The notes under the pieces: generated by a model | Seen by the model: the letters and a program-made list of their open reading frames with translations, nothing else | Told to the model about the DNA's origin: nothing | Databases searched by the model: none | Program-made: the position numbers and the translations under genes | Assembly (NCBI GenBank): GCA_963514005.1 | Contig: OY740827.1 | Location: forward strand, 2,480,001 to 2,544,000 | Source of the DNA: Raja brachyura | Taxonomy: Eukaryota | Direction of reading: 5' to 3' | DNA length: 64,000 bases | In this document: piece after piece, positions 22,828 through 35,131 of the stretch | Layout: each line of letters begins with the position of its first letter | Position numbering within the stretch: position 1 is the first letter of the stretch

Positions 22828-24757
22828 CCACAGAGGTGAGGCGGTCTGGTTCTCTTTTTTCTCTTTGTTTAACTTCACATGTTGGTGGGCGTTTGCGGTT
22901 GTTTGCGGGTGCATGGGGTGATATTACCAGTGATGAGTATGTGTTACGGAATATTCAGGGCCATAGCATTGAGTTTATTAATGGGGACATCCCTCCGTCT
23001 CAGCATAGACCGGGTCGTATGTTTAAACTAACGGCTGCGGAACAGTCCGTAGGCTATACGGAAATTTTAAGGTTGGAACAGAAAGGGGTCATAGAGAAAA
23101 CGGTTCATGAGCCCGTTGAATTTGTTTCCAATATTTTTACCCGACCTAAGAAAGATGGAGCCTGTAGAGTCATTATTGATCTAACCACTCTGAATAACTT
23201 TGTAACATATACTCATTTTAAAATGGACACGTTTGAAACGGCCAAATTATTGATCTCACAAGGGTGCTTTATGGCATGTATTGATTTACAGGATGCGTAC
23301 TATACCGTACCCATGCAACAATATTACAGAAGGTTCTTGAAATTTATCTGGATGGACCAGCTGTGGCAATATAGGGCGTTGCCTAATGGGCTCACCACAG
23401 CCCTCGATTATTTACTAAATTGGTGAAGCCAATTATGGCTTATTTAAGACAACGACGTCATATCGTTATGGCCTATTTAGATGATATTTTAATTATCGGA
23501 CACACCTTGGAATCAGCTCAACAAGGGGTTGCAGCTGCGGTCAATTTGTTCCAACAGCTTGGGTTCATTGTTCATCCAGAAAAATCTAAGTTCTGCCCCA
23601 CCCAGGTAATTAATTATCTGGGGTTCCAGGTGAATTCCATTAGCATGAGAGTCACCATACCAATTAACAAAATTGAGGAGGTAACACAGGTGTGTACAGA
23701 TTTAATCAATACTCGTATACCATCGATTCGTCACACAGCTACTGTCATTGGCAAGATTGTGGCTTTGTTTCCGGCAGCCCGGTATGGACCTCTGCATTAT
23801 CAAAACTTGCAGAGAGCCAAGATCGCTGCGCTGCGACGGCATGCTGGTCATTATGATCGATCAATGCAGCTGCCGCCTGCAGCATTGGATGAGTTACGAT
23901 GGTGGGTTTGCCACATTAATAACTCGTTTAAAACTATTATTGAGGCGAAACCGATGATATACTTACAAACTGATGCGAGCTCTGATGGCTGGGGAGCTAC
24001 GAATCAACATTCTAGTTGTGGGGGCCGATGGGATACCCTTGAGAATACGATGTTGGTATCACAAGGGATCAACTATTTGGAGCTGCTTGCAGCGTTTCAT
24101 GGACTTCGTGCATATTGTTCCAAGATCTTTGGAGCACATGTCCGGCTCCAAATAGACAACACCACAGCGGTGGCGTATTTAAACCACATATGCGGTACCA
24201 GGTCAGTTTCATGTGATAAATTGGCTAATTCAATTTGGCTCTGGTGTGTCAAGAGAGACATTTGGATTTCAGCCACCTATTTGCCAGGTGAGCTTAATTT
24301 TGTGGCGGACGCCAGGTCACGCAAGTTCAATGATAATATTGAATGGATGTTACATCCTGAAATTTTTGCAAAAATCACAGCCAAATTTGGGAAACCGGAC
24401 ATTGACCTTTTTGCGTCCCGGTTGAACCATCAGGTACCAACCTACGTTTCGTGGGAACCAGATCCTGGGGCTATAGCGTTAGATGCATTCTCGCTAGACT
24501 GGGGGAATTGCTTTTTCTATGCATTCCCTCCGTTTTGCCTCGTCAGTCGGGTATTACGTAAAATTCAGATGGATGGTGCCAAGGGCATCCTTATCATACC
24601 CGACTGGCCTACACAGCCGTGGTATCCGATGGTCTTTGACACGCTCAGTGAACCTTGGGTCCGTTTGCAGGGTAGCCCAGAATTAGTTACTCACCCTGTT
24701 TCAGGGGAGCCACATCCCTGCCATGGCTATTTAAATTTGTTGGCTTGCAGATTCTGA
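22749..24757 (+). pseudogene. DIRS pol: reverse transcriptase, RNase H and adenine-methyltransferase-like domain; one frameshift near 23400
   Basis: Motifs SNIFTRPKKDG..RVIIDL, IDLQDAY, LPNGLTTA(P)RLFTK (one C missing), YLDD, TDAS..GWG, INYLEL, DNTTAV, DLFASRLN and YAFPPF. Confidence 0.9.
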
Positions 24758-25734
24758 ATCGGCCTTTAGTTGGATACGGCCTTTCTACCCGGACCATGGA
24801 TACCATTGCGGCGTCGTGCCGAGAGTCTACAAGGCGAAGATACCGCTCTCACATCAGGAAGAGGGAAGCCTTCTGCAGCCGCTCTCGCATCACGTACGAT
24901 GCCGTGACTATAACCGACGTCCTGGAATTCCTCGCGGGGTTGCACCATGATGAACACTTAAGTTACAGTGCCATCAACAGCGCCAGGAGCGCTCTATCAT
25001 TCTACCTCAATATTGAGGTGGGATCCAACAGGCTAGTGTCCAGGCTCATGCGGGGTATTTTCAATACGAATCCGCCTACACCACGCTACAATATCACCTG
25101 GGATGTCAGGGTCGTTTTAACTCTGCTCAGGACGTGGTCCCCCATGGAAGGGCTCCAGCTGGACAAACTCACCATGAAGCTGGTGATGTTACTAGCGCTG
25201 ACTTCAGCACAGAGGGTACAGACACTCCATAATCTACGTGTCGACAGAATGATGTCTACCCCCACAGAAGTAGTTTTCTTTGTTGACGAGCTACTAAAGC
25301 AGCATAGACCTGGGTGCACAGGGCTGCAGCTGAAGTTCCCGGCATACCCCGCAGATGCTAGGCTATGTTTAGTCTCCCACATCCGTTACTACGTCAAGGT
25401 GACGGCAAGCATCAGAGGAATGGAGAGATACCTGCTTGTCACTCATAAGAGACCTCACCATCGAGTGACAACACAGACGATATCCAGGTGGCTTCGAGTC
25501 GTCTTGGGTAAGTCAGGTATCGACACTAATGTGTTCAAATCTCATTCCACCAGGGCTGCATCGACGTCGGCGGCGAGGGTCATGGAGGTGCCCATGGACC
25601 ATATTCTCGCCACAGCAGGATGGGCTAATGAAGCGGTGTTCCAGCGTTTCTACAACCGGCCCGTCGCTGCGCCTCTACAGTTCGCACAAGCCGTGCTAGA
25701 TGCGGGGCAAGAACGTGGAGATGTCCCCGAATAA
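24745..25734 (+). CDS. DIRS tyrosine recombinase
   Basis: 329-aa ORF with catalytic-type motifs SAQRV, HSTRAAS, AGW and RFYNRP. Confidence 0.9.
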   Translation: MQILNRPLVGYGLSTRTMDTIAASCRESTRRRYRSHIRKREAFCSRSRITYDAVTITDVLEFLAGLHHDEHLSYSAINSARSALSFYLNIEVGSNRLVSRLMRGIFNTNPPTPRYNITWDVRVVLTLLRTWSPMEGLQLDKLTMKLVMLLALTSAQRVQTLHNLRVDRMMSTPTEVVFFVDELLKQHRPGCTGLQLKFPAYPADARLCLVSHIRYYVKVTASIRGMERYLLVTHKRPHHRVTTQTISRWLRVVLGKSGIDTNVFKSHSTRAASTSAARVMEVPMDHILATAGWANEAVFQRFYNRPVAAPLQFAQAVLDAGQERGDVPE

Positions 25735-25910
25735 GGGGTTTTTTGATCTGTTTGTTAATAAATATGATTTGTTTTGCAGTATGGACTAGTCAGCACGTTA
25801 TTCCTCCCATCCATCCCTGGTAGTGGTGTGTCAGCATGGACGTGGTCCAGGGCGTGTCATTACAGAAGCTTTGAAGTCTTCACGAAGTCACTCACGTGAC
25901 TCCGAAATGA

Positions 25911-26214
25911 AATAGTAAGATTGAACGAGAACTTACCAGTTCGAAGGTTGATCTTTATTTCATGAGGAGTCGAAGTGAGGGATTTCGTGCCCTCCTCGCC
26001 CAACCCTCAATCACCTTCATCTGGTAATCTTAGTCGTTTTCATTCTTACTATGTGAAGTCATTTCTTTTGATTGGTTTCTGTGATTCCACGCCGCTACTT
26101 TGAAGTATGTCAAGCATGCGCGCCGGCGGGCTCTTCACGAAATCCCTCACTTCGACTCCTCATGAAATAAAGATCAACCTTCGAACTGGTAAGTTCTCGT
26201 TCAATCTTACTATT
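25911..26214. repeat. Perfect 79-bp inverted repeat (25911-25989 / 26136-26214): DIRS internal complementary region and right terminus
   Basis: The arms are exact reverse complements, with a 146-nt spacer. Confidence 0.9.
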
Positions 26215-27085
26215 CTCTGCCTCAGAGAGAGGGCAGTGGAGGCAGGTTCTCTGGATGCTTTCAAGAGAGAGCTAGATAGGGCTCTTAAAAATAGCGGAGT
26301 CAGGGGATATGGGGAGAAGGCAGGAACGGGGTACTGATTGGGGATAATCAGCCATGATCACATTGAATGGCGGTGCTGGCTCGAAGAGCCGAATGGCCTA
26401 CTCCTGCACCTATTATCTATTGTCTATTGTCTAGTCTAATCATCTGCCCCCCTCACCTGTATCCACCTATCACTTGGCAGGCTTTGACCTGTTCACACTT
26501 GCTCACACAGTCCGCACCGTGTAGATGTCGGGAGGTCATGTTGCAGTTGGTGAAGCCGCATTTAGAATATGTGCATTCAGTACTGGGCACCGTGTGATAG
26601 GAAAGATGTTTTCAGCTGGAAAGCATACAGAGAAGATTTACGTGGATGTTGCCAGGTGTCTATGGTCTGAGCTAAAGGGAGAGGATGAGTATTTCTTGGA
26701 GCGCAGGAAGATGAGGGTGATCTTCCAGAGGTGTATAAAATCATGAGAGGAATAGATCGGGTAGACACACAGAGTCTCTTGCCCAGAGTAGGTGAATCGA
26801 GAACCAAAGGACATAGGTTAAAGGTGAGAGGGGGGAAAAAGTCAATAGGAATCTGAGGGTTAACTTTTTCACAAAGGGTGGTTGGTGCATGGAACAAGCT
26901 GCCAGAGGAGGTAGTTGAGGCATTGGCTATCCCAATGTTCAAGAAACAGGCAGGTATATGGGTAGGAGAGGTTTGGAGGGACATGGACCAAATGTGGGCA
27001 GGTGGGATTAGTGTATCTGGGACATGTTGGCCGATGTCGGCAAGTTGGGCCGAAGGGCCTGTTTCCACGCTGTATCACTCTATGA
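26215..27085 (+). mobile_element. CR1-clade LINE 3' fragments
   Basis: FSQRVVGAWNKLPEEVVEA-type C-terminus and the 3' UTR motif gggccgaa..ggcct. Confidence 0.75.
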
Positions 27086-27460
27086 ATATGTACCTTGCTT
27101 TTCCAGTTTTCTACCCTCTATTCCCTCAGTCTGAAGAAGGGACTCAATCCGAAAGGTTGTTTGTGGAAACAAGGAACTGGTGATACTAATCCACTCCCTC
27201 CGCAGATCCGCTGAGTTCCTCCAGCACTTTGCTTTCTTGATTAATAAAGGAACTGTTCAGCACCCTCAGCTTTGGGGAACTGTTCGATACATTTTCTCTT
27301 CTGTAAAAAGGACATTTTTTATTTTTCGCACTAAATTTCCTGTTCCTACTTCTGTCCACTTCCTCGTGAAGCAAGAGGTCATTGGGCCACTCAAGTCTCT
27401 TACTCATAAACTAGGAACAACTTACGGGGCAAATGAAGGTCAGAGGGGGAAAGCTGAAAT

Positions 27461-27730
27461 GGGTGGCAATGTGGCACAGCGGTAGAATTGCTGCCTCACA
27501 GCTCCAGAGACCTGGGTTCGATCCCGACTACATGTGTTGTCTGTACAGAGCTTGCACGTTCTCCCCGTGATCTGTGTGGGTTTTCTCCAAAACCTTTGGT
27601 TTCCTCCCACATTCTAAAGACGTACGGCTTTATAGGTTAATTGGCTTGATATAAATGTAAAATTGTTCCTAGTGTGTATCGGATGGTACTACTGTGCAGG
27701 TATCGCTGGTTGGTGCGGACTTGGTGGGCC
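27461..27730 (+). mobile_element. tRNA-derived SINE (elasmobranch HE1-like); further copies 31541-31970 (+) and 33320-33595 (-)
   Basis: A-box-like GTGGCACAGCGGTAG and B-box-like GGTTCGATCCC, followed by a conserved body and CR1-like tail. Confidence 0.75.
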
Positions 27731-28389
27731 GATCGTTTTTTATCCAGAGAGTGATGGTGCCTAGGGGTGATGGTAGAGGCTGTGATGACGGTGGTGTTTT
27801 TGTGGCCTTTAGATAGGCACATGGACATGCAGAGTTCCAGATTATTTGCAGGCAAAGGAGAATCATTTAGCATCATGTTCGGCACGGACACTGTGGGCCG
27901 AGGCGCCTGTTCCTGTGCTGTGCTGTTCTCTGTTCTAGGTTTTCACTCTCTGCTAATTCATTGAAATACTTTGCTGAGTTAGTTGGGCAAACTTGCCTTG
28001 CACAAATCCAGACATTCTTGAATCAGTAACTCAGCGGGTCAGGCAGCATCTCTGGAGAGAAGGAATGGTGCTGTTTCGGGTCGAGACCCTTCTTCAGACC
28101 CGAAACATCACCCATTCTTTCTCCCCAGAGATGCTGCCTGTCCTGCTGAGGTACTCCAGCATTTTGTGTCTATCTTCAATTTAAACCAGTACTGCAGTTG
28201 TTTCCTACACAATTCTTGAATCAGTGGTCTTGTCCAAATGAGCACCCATACCATGGCACTGTGGAACAGGAGACTGTCACACCCGTTAGATTAAATACCT
28301 CCAATTTGACAGGGAGGGGTGTAAGGGCCGGTGGGGAGCGGGTGACAGAGACCAGGAATAGGGTCAGAGCCAGAGTAGGTTTGCAGAGA

Positions 28390-28622
28390 TAGTGAGGGAC
28401 TCTTCCCACATTACAGCACTCCCTCCACTAAGTCAAAGTCATGCCCCATCAGGGATGAAAGGGGTTAACCGTTTGCTGATAAAGGTATACTTCCTTATTT
28501 TATTTCAGTTTCTTGATGTAAATTTTCCCCTCTACACATTCGTGTTCTCCACACAGTGACAGCCGCTGAGGACAAGAGTTTGTCAGTCGATACTCCAGAG
28601 ACGAGCAGCGGACAGAACCCAG
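28390..28622 (+). promoter_or_regulatory. Candidate promoter and non-coding first exon of the Siglec-like gene
   Basis: Non-repeat island with an ETS core ACTTCCT (28489-28495), an ISRE-like TTTCAGTTTC (28503-28512), TGATAA and kappaB-like motifs. It ends in a good donor CAG|gtacgt at 28622. The leader exon at 35051 has an acceptor and so needs an upstream exon. Confidence 0.4.
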
Positions 28623-28944
28623 GTACGTAATTCCTTGTCTGTCGCTCGTTCCCACAAACAACGACCTGTTTTGTTGAGTTTAATTGGGTACTGAGTCTGA
28701 TCACTGAAATACTTTGTGTATTAACGTAACTGCAGATGCTGGTTTACACTGAATATAGACACAAAGTGCGGGGTAACTCAGCGGGACAGGCAGCATCTCT
28801 GGAGAGTTTACTTTAGTTTTCGTGCTATTGAGGGAGAAACATCACCCATTCCTTCTCTCCAGAGATGCTGCCTGTCGCGCTGAGTTACTCCTTCAATTTA
28901 AACCAGCATCTGCTGTTCTTTCCTGCACATTTTAACTAGGTTCA

Positions 28945-29410
28945 TTCCCAGGATGGCAAGACTGACATATGATGAAAGAATGGGTTGACTGGGCTTGTAT
29001 TCACTGGAATTTTGAAGGATGAGAGGGAACCTTATAGAAACATACAAAATTCTTAAGGGATTGGACAGGCTAGATGCAGGAAAAATATTCCCGAAGTTGG
29101 TGGAGTCCAGAACCAGGGTTCACAGTTTAAGAATTACGGATAGGCCATTTAGGACTGAGATGAGGAAAAACGTTTTCACCCAGAGAGTTGTGAATCTGCG
29201 GAATTCTCTGTCACAGAAGGCAGTGGAGGCCAATTCACTGGATGTTTTCAAAAGAGAGTTAGATTTATCTCCTAGGGCTAACGGAATCAAGGGATATGGG
29301 TAGAAAACAGGAACGGAATACTGATTTTGGATGATCAGCCGTGAACATATTGAATGGCGGTGCTGGCTGGAAGGGCCGAATGGCCTACTCCTGCACCTAT
29401 TTTCTATTAT
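28945..29410 (+). mobile_element. CR1-clade LINE 3' fragment
   Basis: Translation MRGNLIETYKILKGLDRLDAGKIFP...FTQRVVNL. Confidence 0.85.
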
Positions 29411-29934
29411 TCTCTGTTTTCTATGATTATTGTCATGCTAACCAAGATACAGCAAAAAGTTTTTGTTGCGTGCTAACCAGTCAGCGCAAAGACAACACAT
29501 GATTACAATCAAAGACAGACACAAAATGCTGGAGTAACTCAGTGGGACAGGCAGCATATTCCAGTCAAGGATAGTCCGAGGGTCGTCAAAGAGGTAGTTA
29601 GTAGTTCAGCACTGCTCTCTCGTTGTGGTAGAATGGTTCAGTTGCCTGATAACAGCTGGGAAGAAACTATCCCCGATTCGGAAACTCGGTGAGAAGGAAT
29701 GGGTGACGTTTCGGGTTGAGACGCTTCTGCACACTGAGAGTGATGGGAGAGAGAGACACGGAGATAAGGACGTGAAAGGTGTGAAAACGAGACAAAGGTT
29801 ATGAAGGTCGAGGAAAATGTGGAATAGATAATTGTTAGCGAGGAGAAGGTGACAACGAAGCAAACAGAGATAACATTGAATCAGGAGAAAAGTCAGACTG
29901 GTCATATAATAGGAAAATGGAGGGATGGACAATA

Positions 29935-30540
29935 GACAATAGGTGCAGGAGTAGGCCATTCAGCCCTTCAAGACAGCACACCCATTCAATTTGATCATGG
30001 CTGATCATCCACAATCAGTACCTCGTTCCTGCCTTCTCTCCATATCCCTTAACTCTGCTATCCCTAAGAGCTCTATCTAACTCTCTATTGAAAGCATCCA
30101 GAGAACCGGCCTCCACCGCCTCTGAGGCAGAGAATTCCACAGACTCACAACTCTGTGTGTGAATGTTTTTCCTCGTCTCCGGTCTAAATGGTTTACCACT
30201 TATTCTTAAACTATGGCAACTGCTTCACGACTCCCCCAACATTTTGAACATGTTTCCTGCCTCTAGCGTGTCCAAACCCTTAATAATCTTATTTGTTTCA
30301 ATAAGATCCCCTCTGATCTTTCTAAATTCCAGAGTATACATGCCCAGCTGCTCCAATCTATCAACATATGACAGTCCCTCCATCCCGGGAATTAACCTGG
30401 TGAACCTACGCTGCACTCCCTCAATAGCAAGGATGTCCTTCCTCAAGTTTGGAGACCAAAACTGCACACAATACTCCAGGTGTGGTCTCACTAGGGCCCA
30501 ATACAACTGCAGGAGGACCTCTTTGCTCCTATACTCAACT
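29935..30540 (-). mobile_element. CR1-clade LINE 3' fragment
   Basis: Translation ALVRPHLEYCVQFWSPNLRKDILAIEGVQRRFTRLIPG. Confidence 0.85.
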
Positions 30541-30744
30541 CATCTTGAGAGAGGGAAAGCAAGAGTTAAAGTTAGAGAAGTTGATATACCACTGGGGTGT
30601 AAAGTGCCCAAGTGAAATATGTGGTGCTGTTCCTCCAATTTGCATTGGGCCTTATTCTGACAGTGGAGGAGGCCCAGGACAGAAAGGTCAGAAAGGTATC
30701 TCTATGTCTCCCTCTCCCCTGACTCTCAGTCTGTATTGTACTCA

Positions 30745-31290
30745 ATATTGTGAGCAATTTTGTACCCCGTTTCTGAGGATGTGCTGGCTCTGGAGAGGGT
30801 CCAGAAGAGGTTTACAAGAACGATCCCAGGAATGAGTGGATTAACGTGTGATGAGCATTTGACGCACTGGTCCTGAACTCGATGGAGTTTAGAATAATGA
30901 GGGGGGAATCTCATTGAAAAGTACAGAATATTGAATGGCTTGCATAGAGTGCATGTGGAGTGGATGTTTCCACTAGCGGGAGAGTATCGGACCAGAGGTT
31001 ATAGCCTCCGAATTAAAGGATGTTCTTTTAGGAAGGAGATGAGGAGGAATATCTTTAGTCAGAGGGTGGTGAATCTGTGGAGGCTTTGCCACAGAAGACT
31101 GTGGAGGCCAAGTCAGTGGATGTATTTAAGGCAGAGATAGATAGATTCTTGTTTAGTCGTGGAGTCAGTGGTTATGGGGAGAAGGGAGGAAAATGGGGTT
31201 AGGAGGGAGAGATAGATCAGCTATGACTAAATGTCAGAGTAAACTTGATGGGCCGAATGGCCTGATTCTGCTCCCATCACTTATGACCTT
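30745..31290 (+). mobile_element. CR1-clade LINE 3' fragment
   Basis: LERVQKRFTR.IPG...RTRGYSLRIKG...FSQRVVNLW plus 3' UTR. Confidence 0.8.
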
Positions 31291-31899
31291 ATATAGTACG
31301 ATTTACCTGGGTTGCATGCAAACACTGTATCCTGTTACAATGGCAATTGTACAACCATACCAATCGATGGGCAAAAAAGGACTGGCATGGACGTGGTGGG
31401 CCGAAGATCCTGTTGCTGTGTGGATGGAACTGTTCCCAAACCAAGCTCCGATGCATCCTGATTAAATGCTTTTTAACATGCCCTTCAGGGGGTGGAATGG
31501 GGAGACTGATTTGTGTGATGGACTGAACGATATCCAAGTTAGGGGCGGCAAGGTGGCGCAGCGGTAGAATTGCTGCCTCACAGCACCAGAGATCCTGGTT
31601 GATCCTGACTTTGGGTGCTTGTCTGTACGGAGTTTGCACGTTTACATATTCTGTTGTGCTGCTGCAAGTAAGAATTTCATTCTACAATCTGGGACATTTG
31701 ACAATAAAACATTCTTGAATCTGGACTCTTGACCTGCTTGAGTTTTAGAAAATAGGTGCAAGAGGAGGCCATTCGGCCCTTTGAGCCAGCACCGATTTCT
31801 CTGGTTTCCTCCCACATTCCAAAGATATGCTGGTTTGTAGGTTAATTGACTTGGCAAAATTGTAAATTGTCTCTAGTGTGTGTAGGATAGTGTTAGTGT

Positions 31900-33320
31900 G
31901 CGGGGATCGCTGGTCGGCACGGACTGGGTGGGCCGAAGAAACTGTTTCCGTGCTGTATCTCTAAACTAAACACAGAATTAATATGTGAATGGGTGATTGC
32001 TGGTCGGGCAAACTCGGTGGGCTGAAGGTCCTGTGTCTGTATTGTATCTCAAAAACTAAACATATAACTAGTAAGTGAACGCGTGATCGATGGCCGGCAT
32101 GGACTCTGTGGGCCGAGGGGGCCTGTTTCAGCGCTGCATCTCTGAACTAAACTAAACTAAACTCTCAGCAATTTCCTGTGGTCTTGGGCAGAGCTGGTCC
32201 CAAACCATGGCGTGCTGCAACCTAACAGTGTTCTTTCACAGTTCATGTGAAGAAGTTGGTGTGAGTCACTGGAGAAATGCCGAACTGCCTTCATCTTTTG
32301 AGGAAGATGAGACATTAGTGTGCCTTATTGACCACAGCTCCAATGTAGTTGATGCGGGGTATGTTGTTGGTGATATTTACAGTCATGTGATAGGAGCAGA
32401 ATTAGGCCATTCGGCCCATCAAGTCTACTCTGCCACTCAATCATGGCTGATCTATCTCTCCCTCCTAACCCCATTCTCCTGCCTTCTCCCCATAACCCCT
32501 GACACCCGCACTAATCAACAATCTATCTATCTCTGCCTTAAAAATATCCACTGACTTGTGTCCTCCACAGCCGTCTGTGGCAAAGAATCCCACAGATTCA
32601 CCACCCTCTGACTAAAGAGAGAACTTGTGTGTGAACGGGTGATCGCTGGTGGGTACGGACCTGGTGGGCCAAAGGGCCTGTTTCCATGCTGTATCTCTAA
32701 TCTAAACACAGAACTCGTGTGTGAACGGGTGCTCGATGGTCAGCGTGGGCTCGGTGGACTGAAGGGCCTGTTTCCATGCTGTATCGCCAAACTAAACCTA
32801 GAACTAAAGTGTGAACGGGTGCGCGGTGGTCAGCATGGGCTCGGTGCGCTGAAGGGCCTGTTTCCACGCTGTATTGCCAAACTAAACCTAGAACTAGAGT
32901 GTGAATGGGTGATCATTGGTCGACACGGATGCAGTGGGCCGAAGGGCCTGTTTCCACGCTGTGCCTCTTAACTGAACTAAACTAAATGTTGTTATTGTAC
33001 TTGCCTCAACTACTTCCTCCGGCAGCTTGTTCCACAATCCACACAACCGCTCATCAACCGCTGTATGAATAGCCTCTTACTTCTACCTTAGTAATGATCA
33101 GCTTAGAGCACTAAGCTGTTCCTCAGATACCTTCCCTAAATCATGTACCAGGCACCTTGTGGGACATGACCACATGGCAGAACAGTAGCAGTGATGCCAG
33201 TTTAGTTTAGTTTTCTAGTTTAGAGACACAGCACGGAAACAGGCCCTTCGGCCCATCGAGTCCACGCCGACAATCAATCACCCGTTCACACACTAGTTCT
33301 GTGTTTAGTTTAGTGATACT
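31900..33320. repeat. Tandem ~80-bp SINE/CR1-tail repeats (gtgaacgggtgatcg...gggccgaagggcctgtttcc..gctgtatctctaaactaaac)
   Basis: Several adjacent copies at 31900-32160 and 32620-32985, an inverted copy at 33200-33320, and more at 39500-39735 and 41950-42270. Confidence 0.7.
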
Positions 33321-33847
33321 GTGCAGAAACAGGCACTTCGGCCCATGCTGACCTGCGACCAACGCTATCCTACACACACTTTGGACAAATACATTTTTTT
33401 TTACCAAAGTCTAATTAACCAACAAACCTGTACGTCTTTGGAGTGTGGAAGGAAACCAGAGATCCCGGAGAAAATCCACGCAGATCACGGGGAGAACGTA
33501 CAAACTCCATACAGACAGCAGCTGTAGTCAGGATCGAAGACGGGTCTCTGGCACTGTGAGGCAGCAACTCTACCGCTGCGCCACTGTGCGCCATCATGTT
33601 ACTTGGCAAAGATTATCGCAAAGCTTTTAAAAACCAAAAGAAGGCAACAAGATTGCTCATAAGGTCATAAGTGATGGGAGTAGAATTAGGCCATTTAGAT
33701 CATCAAATCTACTCTCCCATTCAATCAAGCCTGATCTATCACTCCCTCTTAATCCCATTCTCCTGTCTTCTCCCATTATCCCCTGGCACCCATATTAATT
33801 CATAATCTTTCTATCTCTGCCTTAACAATATCCACTGACTTAACCAC

Positions 33848-34600
33848 CAGGTGGCACCAGCAATGGCTGCCTCGCCAACAGTCTGTCTGTCCCTTCCTTC
33901 TTTGTTGTCTGTCTGTGTGTGTAAATGTATGTTTTTAGTGATCTTCAGGTTACTTTATGTGGGGAGTGGGGGGGAGTTGGGGGAAACTTTTCCTATTCAC
34001 TTACCTCGACGGAGATGCGATTTTCTTCCGTATCATATCTCCGTCCGCACTGCGGTCTAACATCGAGGAGTTGGTGGCCTTTGCCGGAGACCGACTTCGA
34101 GAGCTGCACCCCGGGTGCCTGCAGGACTTACCATCACGGAGCTTGCGATCCCAGTCGGGGGCCGTTTTTGGGGCTCCATCCGTGGGTGCCTGCGAACATT
34201 AACATCACGGAGCTTGTGGCCTCGGGTTAGAGACCGACTTCAGGAAACTCCAAACCGCAGGAGCTTTGATCACCCGAACGTGGGAGCTTCGATCGCCCTG
34301 AAGCGGGGGGTTTCGATCGCCCTGACGCGGGGTCTTCCACCGCTGGCTGCGGGAGCTTCAATCCCCCAGACTGCGGATGGTTCGACTGCCCCGACCGCAG
34401 GAGAATAAAAGAGGAAGAAGTCTGGACTTTATTGCATTCCGTCGTGGGGAGTCCACTGTGGTGGATGTTTATGTTAACTTTTATGTAGTTATGTCTCTTG
34501 TTTTATGTAGTTGTGTCTCTTGTTGCTTTTTTTTGGTAATTCGATTTTCACTGTACCTTAATTGGTACATGTGACAATAAACTGACCTTGAAAGCTTGAA
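33848..34600 (+). mobile_element. Non-autonomous retroelement related to 3855-4672
   Basis: Starts gtggcaccagcaatggctgcctcgcc..cagtctgtctgtc and ends actgtggtggatgtt...gtgacaataaa...cttgaa. Confidence 0.55.
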
Positions 34601-35050
34601 TTGGCCTCAACAGCCGTCTATGGCAAAGAATTCCACAGATTCACCACCCTCTGACTAAAGAAATTCCTCCTCATTTCCTTCCGAAAAGAATGTCCTTTAA
34701 GTCTGAGGTTATGATCTCTCCCATTAGTGGAAATATCTTCTCCACATCCACTCTATCCAGGCCTTTCACTATTCGGTAAGTTTCATTGAGGTCCCCCCTC
34801 ATTCATCTAAACTCCAGCGAGTACAGGCCCAGTGCTGTCAAACGCTCATCCTTTGTAAACCCACTCATTCCTGTAAACCTCCTCTAGACCCATCCAGAGC
34901 CTGCACATCCTTCATCAGATACGGGGCTCAAAATTGCTCACATTATTCCATATGTGACCTGACCAGCACCTTATAGAGCTTAGCATTGCATCCATGTCGT
35001 TTAATGTATATTGGTCGCTAGAAATTTACTGCAATCATTTTCTCTTCCAG

Positions 35051-35131
35051 ACCGGGAGATCGGGGACTGACGGGATATCTGGGATCGGACAATGATCGGG
35101 AGATCGTTCTTCCTCCTCTCCCTTCTCCAAG
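35051..35131 (+). CDS. Leader exon (ATG at 35092; MIGRSFFLLSLLQ + phase-1 G)
   Basis: Acceptor ttttctcttccag ends at 35050 and donor CAAG|gtacca follows. Joined to the V exon it gives the signal-peptide-like MIGRSFFLLSLLQAVVSG|QWS. Confidence 0.75.

Larger units (their letters stand above)
22299..26214 (+). mobile_element. Young 5'-truncated DIRS1-like retrotransposon
   Basis: Overlapping gag-like, pol and YR ORFs, plus a 3' inverted-repeat structure. Confidence 0.92.

Noticed and set aside
24745-25734. Phage integrase or bacterial contamination (recombinase plus methyltransferase-like motif)
   Set aside because: RT, RNase H, methyltransferase-like and YR domains with an inverted-repeat end is the standard DIRS1 layout, and the element is flanked by host repeats.
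27461-27535. tRNA gene
   Set aside because: A/B boxes belong to the head of a multi-copy SINE; no complete cloverleaf is evident.
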